This document shows positions 1 to 9,251 of a stretch of 35,689 nucleotides of DNA, one piece after another (position 1 is the first letter of the stretch; each line of letters begins with the position of its first letter). Under the pieces are notes generated by a model. The model worked only from the letters and a program-made list of their open reading frames with translations. It was not told where the DNA came from and searched no databases. The position numbers and the translations under genes are program-made. This stretch comes from an uncultured Candidatus Saccharibacteria bacterium (lineage in GTDB: Bacteria > Patescibacteriota > Minisyncoccia > Phycocordibacterales > UBA9973): contig CAYXYC010000002.1 in assembly GCA_964469225.1 (NCBI GenBank), forward strand, positions 1 to 35,689. Direction: 5' to 3'.

Positions 1-178
1 AGCCAGACTTGTTACGAGGTCATCATACTATAAAAGGGGATTTGGGTCAATTTTTATTTTAATATTAAAATAGCTATTTGGGGTAATAAAAAAGCACCTT
101 GTTTAAAAGATGCTTTTTGAATAAACTCCTGGTTCTTTCTTTAATTTTTTTTGTATTAAAGTAATATTTTTGTAAAAA

Positions 179-688
179 TTAAGAAACCCTAAAGGATTCA
201 AACTGTAAATCATGGATAGTATTTTCCCATTCCTTAATCCCACCTGGAATAGGTTTTTTGTTTAGGGGATCAAGAAGATTCCAAGCTTCGTCTACTAATG
301 ACACTAAATGCGATAACGATGACGGGCTATATGTTCGTGTTATAAATGAAACAAAGTACATAAGTTCATAACTCAAATTTGGCTCATGAAGACATTTTAT
401 TGTTTCTAACCATGCTGTAAAAAAGAAATTACGGTTTCTAAAACCAAACCCTTTTTTGTGTCTTTGAATCATATTAAGTAAGACTTCTTGTCTTGCCGGT
501 TCTGATATGTGACTTGCAGCACGCCTCGCACCTTTGAATAGCTCACATTCTGCTGACGTGTACGCAATTTCTGTAAGAAGCTCATCATGACATTCAGGTT
601 TATGTTCTGATAGAACATTGTTTACCGCTTGCTCTACTTGCCCAGATTCTTCTATCCAAGCAATTAGCTGATTTTTATTAAGATACAT
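179..688 (-). CDS. hypothetical protein (169 aa)
   Basis: Longest ORF in this region, ATG start, divergent from the 874 gene. I recognise no family motif. Confidence 0.5.
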   Translation of the reverse strand: MYLNKNQLIAWIEESGQVEQAVNNVLSEHKPECHDELLTEIAYTSAECELFKGARRAASHISEPARQEVLLNMIQRHKKGFGFRNRNFFFTAWLETIKCLHEPNLSYELMYFVSFITRTYSPSSLSHLVSLVDEAWNLLDPLNKKPIPGGIKEWENTIHDLQFESFRVS

Positions 689-873
689 ATTTTATATTTG
701 ATTGGTTATCAAAAACCCCTAAAAGGGTCTCTGAAAACCAATCAAATACCATTGGAAAGAGCGATATTGTTTATACAGTATAATAATATATAAATTTGTC
801 AATCAGATTTCAGTTTAACGTTCCCACTTATACACCCCAATTCCGCACAAATACATATATATGTGTTAGAATA

Positions 874-2151
874 ATGGAATATATGCGGACGAAACTAATT
901 TTTGTCATAGCCTTATTGTCTATTTGTGTTTTTTTTGTATTTAACGAAAAATCTGCCTTTGCGGATTCAACAGATAAAACAAATGATCTTTTGGGCTACG
1001 CTTGGTCAAGCAATATTGGCTGGATTTCATTCAATAATTGTACTTCAACGACCGCTTGTACGGGGCAAAACTATGGCGTAACAATGAATCCTAACAATGG
1101 CAACCTCTCTGGTCATGCTTGGAGTAGCAATATTGGCTGGATTTCATTTGACGAAACAACAGGATGTCCTGTTTCTGGTTGTACGACACAGCCAAAGGTA
1201 AATCCTGGAAATGGCACATTTTCTGGCTGGGCGCGGGCACTTTCTCATGGCGGAGGATGGGATGGCTGGATTAATCTTTCAGGAGCGACAATGGGAGCAA
1301 ACACTAATGGCATTCGCCCTGTTTCGGGCTTCATTTGGGGTGCCGATGTCGTTGGCTGGGTTGATATGTCAGGGGTTTCGTATGGTGGAGCGCCAACAAC
1401 CGTTAATTTGACGGCTTCGGCTTGGGATAATGGTAGTTCAACGCTAACTTGGACAAGTACTGGCGCTGACCGTTGTTCAGCAGTAACTCCAACTGGCTGG
1501 ACTGCCAAAACGACAACAAGTGACACGCAGCTGGTAAATAACATTGAATCATCAACTACAATTACGATTTCGTGCCAAATGGGCACAAGTGGTGCACCGG
1601 TTCAAAAATCTGTAACAGTAACCCCAACAGGTGTTTCAGTCTCTCTTTCAGCAAGCGCTTGGAATGCTGGAAATTCAACCCTCACTTGGACAAGTACTGG
1701 CGCTGACCGTTGTTCAGCAGTAACTCCAACTGGCTGGACTGCCAAAACGACAGCCAATGATTCGCAAGCAGTTTCAGGCATAAATTCAACTACTGTTTAT
1801 ACAATTTCATGTAAATATGGAACAAATGGTACACCAGCACAGGCGTCTGTAAGCGTTTCGCCTGCAACGCAAAGCGTTACATTTAATGCGTATCAGCTTG
1901 GCGCGACACAATATATGCTTGTATGGACAAGTACTGGTATGGATAGATGTTCGGCAGTTAGTCCAAGTGGATGGACAACAAAAACATCTGTCGGTGGTCA
2001 AGAATTGAAAACAGACATAACAACACAAACAACATTTACTATCGGATGTCAGTACGGTGCAAACGGAACACCAATAGAAAAGTCTGTGACTGTTGGTAGC
2101 TCAAGCACTACCGGACCGAAAAAAATTAAACCAATTTATATTCCGCGATAA
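874..2151 (+). CDS. secreted repeat protein: signal peptide, two 'AWSSNIGWISF' motifs plus related W-rich motifs, then three tandem ~79-aa Ig-like repeats
   Basis: The ORF-track start 796 is a TTG. The in-frame ATG at 874 gives MEYMRTKLIFVIALLSICVFFVF..AFA, a classical signal peptide, so I trimmed the start. The repeats 'TLTWTSTGADRCSAVTPTGWTAKT' are visible in the translation. Confidence 0.7.
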   Translation: MEYMRTKLIFVIALLSICVFFVFNEKSAFADSTDKTNDLLGYAWSSNIGWISFNNCTSTTACTGQNYGVTMNPNNGNLSGHAWSSNIGWISFDETTGCPVSGCTTQPKVNPGNGTFSGWARALSHGGGWDGWINLSGATMGANTNGIRPVSGFIWGADVVGWVDMSGVSYGGAPTTVNLTASAWDNGSSTLTWTSTGADRCSAVTPTGWTAKTTTSDTQLVNNIESSTTITISCQMGTSGAPVQKSVTVTPTGVSVSLSASAWNAGNSTLTWTSTGADRCSAVTPTGWTAKTTANDSQAVSGINSTTVYTISCKYGTNGTPAQASVSVSPATQSVTFNAYQLGATQYMLVWTSTGMDRCSAVSPSGWTTKTSVGGQELKTDITTQTTFTIGCQYGANGTPIEKSVTVGSSSTTGPKKIKPIYIPR

Positions 2152-2203
2152 TATTTTAATCTAATGTTATGTGGTATAATTTAATACAATAATTATTTCA
2201 TTT

Positions 2204-2779
2204 ATGGATACTATTCAATCACCAGTCTTACAACCAAAACCAAAGAAACAATACGCATTGTTCAGTTTTATTTTTATTATTGTGTTTGCCGTTGGTGTAT
2301 TTGTTGGTTATGAGATTCCAGTATTTAGACATACAACATATCGTGATGGATGGAATGCAGCTCGAGCAAGACTTGCTTCATCACCACAGTTTGGTTTTCT
2401 TGAAACAGCGCGTGGAGAAGTAAAAACACTTGATGGTGTTGTTGATTCAGTAAACGGAAACACCGTTACTATAAGTATCACTCCTTTATCACCGCTTGCT
2501 GATCCGATGCTCGATGCTCGTTTGGTTTCTTTTTCTGATATTACTCGTGTAACAAAAATAACAGAACGCAATCAGGCAGAATTCCAAAAAGAATTTGATG
2601 AATATATGAAAAATCTTCTTTCTGGAAAATCAAACAAAGACACAACACCACCTATTTCTTACTCTGTTGCGCAAGCGCAGGCAACTGATATTAAGGTTGG
2701 TGATAAAATTACAGTTACAACCAGTGAAGATATAAAAGATGCGAAATCATTTGTTGCATTAGAAGTTCAAATTCAATAA
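2204..2779 (+). CDS. membrane-anchored hypothetical protein (191 aa)
   Basis: Single N-terminal hydrophobic helix (YALFSFIFIIVFAVGVFVGY). Tightly packed between the 874 and 2784 genes on the same strand. Confidence 0.6.
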   Translation: MDTIQSPVLQPKPKKQYALFSFIFIIVFAVGVFVGYEIPVFRHTTYRDGWNAARARLASSPQFGFLETARGEVKTLDGVVDSVNGNTVTISITPLSPLADPMLDARLVSFSDITRVTKITERNQAEFQKEFDEYMKNLLSGKSNKDTTPPISYSVAQAQATDIKVGDKITVTTSEDIKDAKSFVALEVQIQ

Positions 2780-2783
2780 TTAT

Positions 2784-4442
2784 ATGAAAAAAATTACTTC
2801 GTCACTAAAAATAGGAATTCTTGCAATCGTGCTTTCTTTTGGTGTTTCGTATGTGTTTGCTGATTGGAGTGCACCAACAGCAACAGCTCCAAATAACAAT
2901 GCTCCAACACCATTAAACGGCACAGCAACAGATCAAACAAAAGCAGGTAAATTAACAGCAGGAGGATTAGATGTTTCGACAGGAAAGACTTATCAGTACG
3001 AAGGTTCTGATATTATAAAAGGAAAAATATCAACAGGTAGTTTATTTTTTGGAAAAGATGCTGGAAATGTATCAGTTTCAGGAAGTAGCAATGTTGGTCT
3101 TGGACAAGAATCATTAAAATTCATTTCTTCTGGTAGTACAAATAGTGCTATTGGATACAGAAGTTTATATGCGAACACAACAGGTTCAGAAAATACCGCA
3201 CTTGGTGGATATGCACTTTATTTCAACACTTCTGGAGCTACGAATGTTGGTGTCGGCTCCGGATCTTTGTATACAAATACAGTAGGTTCAAACAATACTG
3301 CAATCGGAGTTTCTTCACTTCATAAAAATACTTCGGGAGTAGACAGTACGGCTGTTGGTCGTGAAGCGCTTTATTCAAATACAATCGGGGAAGAAAATGT
3401 CGGAGTAGGTTCATTTGCGTTGCGAGCGAACACAACAGGTTTTGCAAATACGGCTTTGGGTGTACACGCACTTCGATCAAACACAACAGCAACTGGTAAT
3501 ACTGCGGTTGGAAATGGGGCGTTGTATTGGAACACAACAGGCGCAGCAAACACGGCACTCGGTGTTTCTTCTTTAGGTCAAAACACGACAGGTACAAATA
3601 ATGTGGCAATTGGAATAAGTTCACTTGGACAAAATACATGGGGTTCAAACAATACAGCAATTGGTTATACTGCCCTGTTAAATAATATGGGCGGGTCAAA
3701 CAATGTTGCTGTGGGTCAAGACGCACTTCGTCAGAGTAAAACATCAAACAATACTGCTGTTGGTGTTGGTGCTTTGTCCCAGAATTCTGTGGGTGCAACA
3801 TCAATCACACAATCAGGAAATACTGCTGTTGGATATAATGCTCTTTCATCTGTTACAACTGGTTCAAATAATACTGCAATCGGTACTGGAGCAGATACTG
3901 GTGGAGGTAACGCAAGTACACTTACCAATGCAACGGCAATTGGATATAATGCCAAGGTTTTACTCAGTGACAGTATTAAACTTGGAAATAATAATGTAAC
4001 TTCTGTTATTACAACTGGCGCAATTACAAGTTCTCGTAACATTACTGGTTCACAAGGTTTTGATTGTCCGGGACAACTTTCGGGTTGTTATCGCGCATCA
4101 TCTGACTTTCGTTTGAAAAAAGATATTAAAGAAGACAATCTCGGTCTTGATTTCATTTTGAAATTGCGTCCAGTAACATTTAAATATAAGAAAGGCGCAG
4201 GTAACATTCTCAACGGTTTGATTGCGCAGGAGGTAGAGCAGGCACTCAAAGATCTCGGTACAAATTTCAGTGGACTCATTCGACCATCTCCAATCAATGA
4301 ATATTACAGTTTGGATTATAGTAACTTCGTTGTTCCTCTTATTAATGCAGTTCAAGATCAACAGAAAGAAATCAATGAATTAAAGGCAAAAAATGCTGAT
4401 TTTGAAGCACGATTGAAAGCCCTCGAGGCGAAATTAAGGTAA
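2784..4442 (+). CDS. secreted tail-fibre-like protein with 'NTA(I/V)G..AL..NT.G..N' repeats and a C-terminal peptidase S74 intramolecular-chaperone domain
   Basis: Signal peptide MKKITSSLKIGILAIVLSFGVSYVFA. More than 15 degenerate 'NTAxG' repeats. The C-terminus from nt 4098 reads 'SSDFRLKKDIKE..LRPVTFKYK..GLIAQEVEQ', matching the S74 'SD.R.K.NI ... F.Y ... G..AQE' pattern, followed by a short coiled-coil tail. Confidence 0.75.
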   Translation: MKKITSSLKIGILAIVLSFGVSYVFADWSAPTATAPNNNAPTPLNGTATDQTKAGKLTAGGLDVSTGKTYQYEGSDIIKGKISTGSLFFGKDAGNVSVSGSSNVGLGQESLKFISSGSTNSAIGYRSLYANTTGSENTALGGYALYFNTSGATNVGVGSGSLYTNTVGSNNTAIGVSSLHKNTSGVDSTAVGREALYSNTIGEENVGVGSFALRANTTGFANTALGVHALRSNTTATGNTAVGNGALYWNTTGAANTALGVSSLGQNTTGTNNVAIGISSLGQNTWGSNNTAIGYTALLNNMGGSNNVAVGQDALRQSKTSNNTAVGVGALSQNSVGATSITQSGNTAVGYNALSSVTTGSNNTAIGTGADTGGGNASTLTNATAIGYNAKVLLSDSIKLGNNNVTSVITTGAITSSRNITGSQGFDCPGQLSGCYRASSDFRLKKDIKEDNLGLDFILKLRPVTFKYKKGAGNILNGLIAQEVEQALKDLGTNFSGLIRPSPINEYYSLDYSNFVVPLINAVQDQQKEINELKAKNADFEARLKALEAKLR

Positions 4443-4472
4443 AACACATTAATATTGAATCTCTGTTTATTT

Positions 4473-4514
4473 AAAACACTTCTTTATCTTTTGGATATTG
4501 AAGTGTTTTGTTTT
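4473..4514 (+). terminator. intrinsic terminator after the 2784 gene
   Basis: 10-bp stem aaaacacttc/gaagtgtttt (4473-4482 / 4500-4509) followed by a T-run. Confidence 0.7.
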
Positions 4515-4535
4515 ATAATCTAAAAAAAGTTTCTT

Positions 4536-4736
4536 ATGAAAAATATTGATGAAGAGACCGCAAGGCGTCTCACCTTTCTTGAAAAAAATTTAAAAAATAA
4601 GCCATTCTATGCCTCACTCCTTTTATGGGGAAACAAAATAAAGGTTTCCATCAAGGATAGAGTTACTGGTGCTATCCAATGGATTGATACGGATAAGCCA
4701 GATTTAACAGAAAAAATACTGGAACAGGAACAGTAA
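4536..4736 (+). CDS. small hypothetical protein (66 aa)
   Basis: Only ORF between two terminators. No recognisable motif. Confidence 0.35.
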   Translation: MKNIDEETARRLTFLEKNLKNKPFYASLLLWGNKIKVSIKDRVTGAIQWIDTDKPDLTEKILEQEQ

Positions 4737-4806
4737 TAATAAGTATTTTTTTTGTAAAAAGGAGGCCTTGTAAATCTTTGACTACCCAAGTTAGACTTGG
4801 ACAGTC

Positions 4807-4838
4807 AAAAAAAACACCCATTTTAGGGTGTTTTTTTT
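4807..4838 (+). terminator. intrinsic terminator
   Basis: A-run, stem acaccc/gggtgt (4814-4819 / 4826-4831), then T8. Preceded by a second imperfect hairpin at about 4776-4808. Confidence 0.7.
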
Positions 4839-4865
4839 GACAAGTAATCACTTTTGTGATACAAT
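4837..4865 (+). promoter_or_regulatory. sigma70-like promoter of the 4885 lipoprotein gene
   Basis: TTGACA (4837-4842), 17-nt spacer, TACAAT (4860-4865). Confidence 0.55.
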
Positions 4866-4884
4866 AAAGAAAAATAAGTAAATT

Positions 4885-5457
4885 ATGAAAAGTAAAATTT
4901 TTCTTTTGTTATCAGTTCTTTTTATTGGTTGTGATAAGTCGATTGACGATTTGTTCAGCCCCAAAAATGATGGTTATAAGACCTATACCATCAAAAAGGG
5001 TGAACATTATTCGTACTCGATTTCTAGTGAGTTCAAGGAAACGACCTTGAAATTTAAGGTTATTTTCGATTCATCTGCCATTTATACAACTATTGATCCA
5101 AGTAATCAGCATGATATCAATAAGTTGTATGGATTTTCTGATTGTGGTGTTCCGCACCATGTGGAAAGTGCAAGGTTTGGCTGGCGCTGGTCAGAGGATT
5201 CACTCCGCCTATTTGCCTACTGCTATAAAGATTCAGTAATGAGCTTTAAAGAATTGGGAACTATTCCAATTGGGCAAGAGCAATCTTGCAGTATTGCTAT
5301 TAGTGGAAATACCTATATTTTCACTTTAAATGGCAAAACTGAAACCATGGACCGAGGATGCACAGAAACTAATGGCAGACGACTTCGTTTATTTCCATAT
5401 TTCGGTGGTAACGAAACAACCCCTCACGAAATTATAATTAAAATTAAAGAAGAATGA
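4885..5457 (+). CDS. lipoprotein, function unknown (190 aa)
   Basis: Lipobox LLLSVLFIGC|DKS. Monocistronic, with its own promoter and terminator. Confidence 0.6.
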   Translation: MKSKIFLLLSVLFIGCDKSIDDLFSPKNDGYKTYTIKKGEHYSYSISSEFKETTLKFKVIFDSSAIYTTIDPSNQHDINKLYGFSDCGVPHHVESARFGWRWSEDSLRLFAYCYKDSVMSFKELGTIPIGQEQSCSIAISGNTYIFTLNGKTETMDRGCTETNGRRLRLFPYFGGNETTPHEIIIKIKEE

Positions 5458-5475
5458 TTTTTTGTTAAACTTTTT

Positions 5476-5507
5476 AAAGCCCTGTGAATGCAGGGCTTTA
5501 TTTTTTA
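5476..5507 (+). terminator. intrinsic terminator
   Basis: Stem aaagccctg/cagggcttt (5476-5484 / 5491-5499) followed by a T-run. Confidence 0.75.
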
Positions 5508-5556
5508 TTTAACAATCTCTACTTACTACTTTCTACTGACTACTTACTGTATTTAT

Positions 5557-5584
5557 TTGACATTATTTTTTAATTTGCTAGTAT
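5557..5584 (+). promoter_or_regulatory. promoter of tuf/S10 operon
   Basis: TTGACA (5557-5562), 16 nt, TGC-TAGTAT (5579-5584). Nearly identical 30-nt module to the rpsS promoter at 11294. Confidence 0.6.
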
Positions 5585-5725
5585 GGAGCAATCGCATATT
5601 TTGTCCCTCTCTGAGGGATCTTCCATTATAGGAAGACGAACTATTATTATAATTTTATGTTGGTCTGTGTAATAGAGTAAGGTTTCTCGTATATTCTGTT
5701 ATTCATATCAACCAATAATTCATAT

Positions 5726-6925
5726 ATGGCAGAAGAATTTAATCGAGATAAGCCACACGTAAATGTGGGTACTATTGGTCACGTTGACCACGGTAAGACA
5801 ACGCTTACAGCGGCTATTCTCCAAGTCCTCTCACGACAAGGTGGTGGATATGGTGCTAAAATTAAAGGTGTTGATCAAATTGACTCTGCGCCTGAAGAAA
5901 AAGCTCGTGGTATCACGATCGCTCTTTCTCACAACGAGTACTGGACTCCAGCTCGTCACTACGCTCACATTGATGCTCCAGGTCACGCGGACTACATCAA
6001 GAACATGATTACAGGTGCTGCCCAAATGGACGGTGCGGTTATTGTTGTTGCTGCTACTGATGGTGTTATGCCACAGACACGCGAACACGTTCTCCTTGCA
6101 AAACAAGTTGGTGTTCCAAAAATCATCGTGTTCTTGAACAAGTGCGACATGGTTGACGACAAAGACATGCTTGATCTCGTTGAAGAAGAAGTTCGTGAAC
6201 TCCTTACAAAACAAGGTTTTGATGGTGCTGCAACTCCAGTTATTCGTGGTTCAGGTCTTAAGGCTCTCGAATCAGCAAATAACGATGACGAATGGGCAAA
6301 GAAAGTTCTTGAGCTTACAAATGCTCTTGATACATACATCCCAACACCAGAACGTGATACAACAAAGCCATTCCTTATGCCTATCGAAGACATCTTCTCT
6401 ATTGAAGGTCGCGGTACGGTTGTTACTGGTAAAATCGAACGAGGTATCGTGAAAGTTGGTGAAGATGTTGAAATTGTTGGTATTAAAGATACTGCAAAGA
6501 CAACAGTTACTGGTATTGAAATGTTCAACAAAAACTTGAAAGAAGGAATGGCTGGTGACAACGCTGGTATTCTTATCCGCGGTATCAAAAAAGAAGATAT
6601 CACTCGCGGTCAGGTTCTCTGCAAGCCAGGCACAGTGACTCCTCACTCAGAATTCGAATGTGAAGTTTACATCTTGAAGAAGGAAGAAGGTGGTCGCCAC
6701 ACTCCATTCTTTACTGGATACAAGCCACAGTTCTACATCCGTACAACAGATGTAACTGGTGAATCAACACTTCCAACAGGGGTTGAAATGGTTATGCCAG
6801 GAGACACAGTGAAGCTCTCAGTGAAACTCGTTACTCCAGTTGCACTCGAAGAACAACAGCGTTTCGCTATCCGTGAAGGAGGCAAAACAGTCGGTGCGGG
6901 TGTTGTAACAAAGATCAACAAATAA
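5726..6925 (+). CDS. tuf: elongation factor Tu
   Basis: [18 protein letters not shown] and NKCD GTPase motifs. Full-length 399 aa. Confidence 0.98.
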   Translation: MAEEFNRDKPHVNVGTIGHVDHGKTTLTAAILQVLSRQGGGYGAKIKGVDQIDSAPEEKARGITIALSHNEYWTPARHYAHIDAPGHADYIKNMITGAAQMDGAVIVVAATDGVMPQTREHVLLAKQVGVPKIIVFLNKCDMVDDKDMLDLVEEEVRELLTKQGFDGAATPVIRGSGLKALESANNDDEWAKKVLELTNALDTYIPTPERDTTKPFLMPIEDIFSIEGRGTVVTGKIERGIVKVGEDVEIVGIKDTAKTTVTGIEMFNKNLKEGMAGDNAGILIRGIKKEDITRGQVLCKPGTVTPHSEFECEVYILKKEEGGRHTPFFTGYKPQFYIRTTDVTGESTLPTGVEMVMPGDTVKLSVKLVTPVALEEQQRFAIREGGKTVGAGVVTKINK

Positions 6926-7003
6926 TAGCCATTAGCAGTTAGTAATTAGCGACTAGCATTTAATGCTAGAAGCTAGATGCTATCGGCTAAAAGCTGTCCT
7001 ATC

Positions 7004-7369
7004 ATGGCAACAGAATTAAAAACAAAAAAATCAACAACAAAGAAGGTGAAGGAAGATCAAGCAACGGTTCAACTTCGCATCCGCGTACGAGCATACGAGA
7101 ACAAGATTCTTGACGCATCTGTCAAGCAAATCATTGATACAGCTCTTCGTTACGATGCGAAAATTGTTGGCCCGATTCCACTTCCGACCGAAGTAAAGAA
7201 ATACACGGTCAATCGCGCCTCCTTTGTGTTTAAGAACGCTCGCGAACAGTTTGAAATTCGCATTCACAAGCGTGTTATTGACATCTTGAATCCTAATCAA
7301 AAAACGATTGAAGCACTGACAAGTTTGTCATTGCCATCAGGAGTTGATATTGATGTAAAGATGATGTAA
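7004..7369 (+). CDS. rpsJ: 30S ribosomal protein S10
   Basis: '[29 protein letters not shown]' matches S10. Start moved to the in-frame ATG at 7004 (MATELKTKK), which leaves a short K-rich N-terminal extension. Confidence 0.93.
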   Translation: MATELKTKKSTTKKVKEDQATVQLRIRVRAYENKILDASVKQIIDTALRYDAKIVGPIPLPTEVKKYTVNRASFVFKNAREQFEIRIHKRVIDILNPNQKTIEALTSLSLPSGVDIDVKMM

Positions 7370-7474
7370 GTGAAAATAACGAGCGGTAGGGAGATTATTT
7401 TCCTTATCCCTCACTAAGAAATAGTGGGGTGTGGATTTTTAAAAATCTCACTTCATTCAATTAAGAAAAACAAC

Positions 7475-8098
7475 ATGAAATTCATTCTCGGTAAAAAACA
7501 GAATATGATGCAATGCTTCAACGATGACGGAACAGTTGTTCCAGCAACGGTGATTTCTGCGGGTCCGCTTGTTGTTACACAGGTAAAATCTCCTGATACT
7601 GATGGATACACAGCAGTACAGGTTGCATTTGAAGATCAGAAACCAGAGCGTGCAACAAAAGCACATCGTGGTCATGTTAAGCAGGCACTTGGTGAAGGAA
7701 AAGAAGATGGCGCATTCAAGCATCTTCGTGAATTCCGTGATATAGAAGAAATCGCTATGGGTGATCGCATTACCGTTGATGTATTCGCAAAGGGCGATAT
7801 CGTTACTGTTTCAGGTCTTTCAAAAGGAAAGGGATTTCAGGGCGTTGTGAAGCGTCATGGATTCGCTGGAGGTCCACGATCTCACGGTCAGAAACACTCA
7901 GAACGCGAACCAGGTTCTATTGGTGGAGGTCTTCGCAATAAAGTACCGAAAGGTATGCGCATGGCTGGACGTACTGGTGGAGACAGAATCACAATCAAGA
8001 ATTTGGAGGTGATTGGTGTTGACCACGAAAACAATCAGATTCTTATTAAGGGTGCGATTCCGGGAAGACGCGGAACGCTTGTTGAAATCGTTGGCTAA
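7475..8098 (+). CDS. rplC: 50S ribosomal protein L3
   Basis: 'GKGFQGVVKRHGFAGGPRSHG' L3 signature. Start trimmed to MKFILGKK at 7475. Confidence 0.95.
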   Translation: MKFILGKKQNMMQCFNDDGTVVPATVISAGPLVVTQVKSPDTDGYTAVQVAFEDQKPERATKAHRGHVKQALGEGKEDGAFKHLREFRDIEEIAMGDRITVDVFAKGDIVTVSGLSKGKGFQGVVKRHGFAGGPRSHGQKHSEREPGSIGGGLRNKVPKGMRMAGRTGGDRITIKNLEVIGVDHENNQILIKGAIPGRRGTLVEIVG

Positions 8099-8128
8099 TA
8101 CTTCGATTACACTCAGTATATAATTCTT

Positions 8129-8797
8129 ATGGAAACACAGATTTACAATCAAAAGGCGAAAGCAATCGGTACACTCAAACTCCCGGAATCAATTTTCGGC
8201 TTGAAGTGGAACGCCGACCTCGTTCATCAGGTCGTAACTGCGATGCAGGCAAATGCCCGCACTCCTGTTGCTCATACCAAGACTCGCGGAGAAGTTCGCG
8301 GTGGAGGTAAGAAGCCATGGAAGCAGAAGGGTACTGGTCGTGCTCGACACGGATCAACTCGTTCTCCAATTTGGGTTGGTGGTGGTATTACGCACGGACC
8401 TCGCAATGATAAGAGTTATGAACAGAAAATTAACAAGAAGATGCGCGTAAAGGCACTCTTCACTGTTCTCTCTGAAAAATTCCGCAAAGGACAGATTCTT
8501 TTTGTTGAAGAACTTGCACTTAAAGCAATCAAGACAAAAGATGCATCAGAGGTAGTAAAATCACTTGCGACAATCAAGGGCTTTGAAAAGATGTATGGTG
8601 GCAAGAAGCAAAATACATTTATCACTGTGCCGGCAAAGGGTGACATTGTGAAGAAAAGTTTCGCAAATATCCCAACAGTTGATGTTGATGAAGTTCGCAA
8701 CTTGAACCCAGTCGATGTGCTTGCATACAAGTATCTTATTATTGCTCAGCCAACAGAAAGCATCGCATTTCTTGGCGGTAAGATAGAGAAGAAGTAA
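8129..8797 (+). CDS. rplD: 50S ribosomal protein L4
   Basis: 'GGGKKPWKQKGTGRARHGS.RSPIW.GGG..HGP' L4 signature. Confidence 0.96.
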   Translation: METQIYNQKAKAIGTLKLPESIFGLKWNADLVHQVVTAMQANARTPVAHTKTRGEVRGGGKKPWKQKGTGRARHGSTRSPIWVGGGITHGPRNDKSYEQKINKKMRVKALFTVLSEKFRKGQILFVEELALKAIKTKDASEVVKSLATIKGFEKMYGGKKQNTFITVPAKGDIVKKSFANIPTVDVDEVRNLNPVDVLAYKYLIIAQPTESIAFLGGKIEKK

Positions 8798-8903
8798 TTT
8801 TTAATTTCACATTTTTAATTTTTAAATAATGGACAAAATGATTTAAAAATTAGAACATTAAAACATTATTTAGAAATTACAAAATTAAGAATTATAAAAT
8901 TTT

Positions 8904-9224
8904 ATGAAGTCGAAAGAAAAAACAAAAACTAAAGAAGTGAAAAAAGATACGAAGAGTCATCCTTTGATTAAGGGTTTGCGCATGACTGAAAAGTCAGCAC
9001 TTGGTGCTGATCGTGGTGTCTATACATTTAATGTTGCTGAGAATGCAACAAAGAATGAAATCAAGAAAGCAATTAAGACTCTATATAGTGTCTTACCGGT
9101 TAAAGTTGCAATTACTCAGATACAGAAGAAGCCAGTTTTCCGCCGTGGTATTCGTGGAACAAAAAGTGGTGGCAAAAAGGCTGTTGTGTATCTAAAGAAG
9201 GGCGATAAAATAACATTTGCATAG
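8904..9224 (+). CDS. rplW: 50S ribosomal protein L23
   Basis: 'TEKS......YTFNV...ATKNEIKKAI' pattern and its position between L4 and L2. Has a K-rich N-terminal extension. Confidence 0.92.
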   Translation: MKSKEKTKTKEVKKDTKSHPLIKGLRMTEKSALGADRGVYTFNVAENATKNEIKKAIKTLYSVLPVKVAITQIQKKPVFRRGIRGTKSGGKKAVVYLKKGDKITFA

Positions 9225-9251
9225 TTCGACTACACTCACTATAAATAATTT

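Noticed and set aside
796-873. Longer N-termini given by the ORF track (796, 6977, 7424, 10119, 13089, 21283, 26491, 27291)
   Set aside because: The extensions start at non-ATG codons or overlap terminators or upstream genes. They precede an in-frame ATG that yields the family-typical N-terminus or signal peptide, so the starts were trimmed.
2784-4442. Prophage or phage remnant, suggested by the tail-fibre/S74 domains here and at 30401-33322
   Set aside because: There are no capsid, portal, terminase, tail-tube, integrase or lysis genes anywhere in the window. Both proteins carry Sec signal peptides and sit among housekeeping genes.
8798-8903. 106-nt very AT-rich rplD-rplW spacer with an 11-bp A/T palindrome (taatttttaaa/tttaaaaatta)
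   Set aside because: The stem is pure A/T in an extremely AT-rich tract, so it is likely compositional. There is no T-run or other supporting signal.
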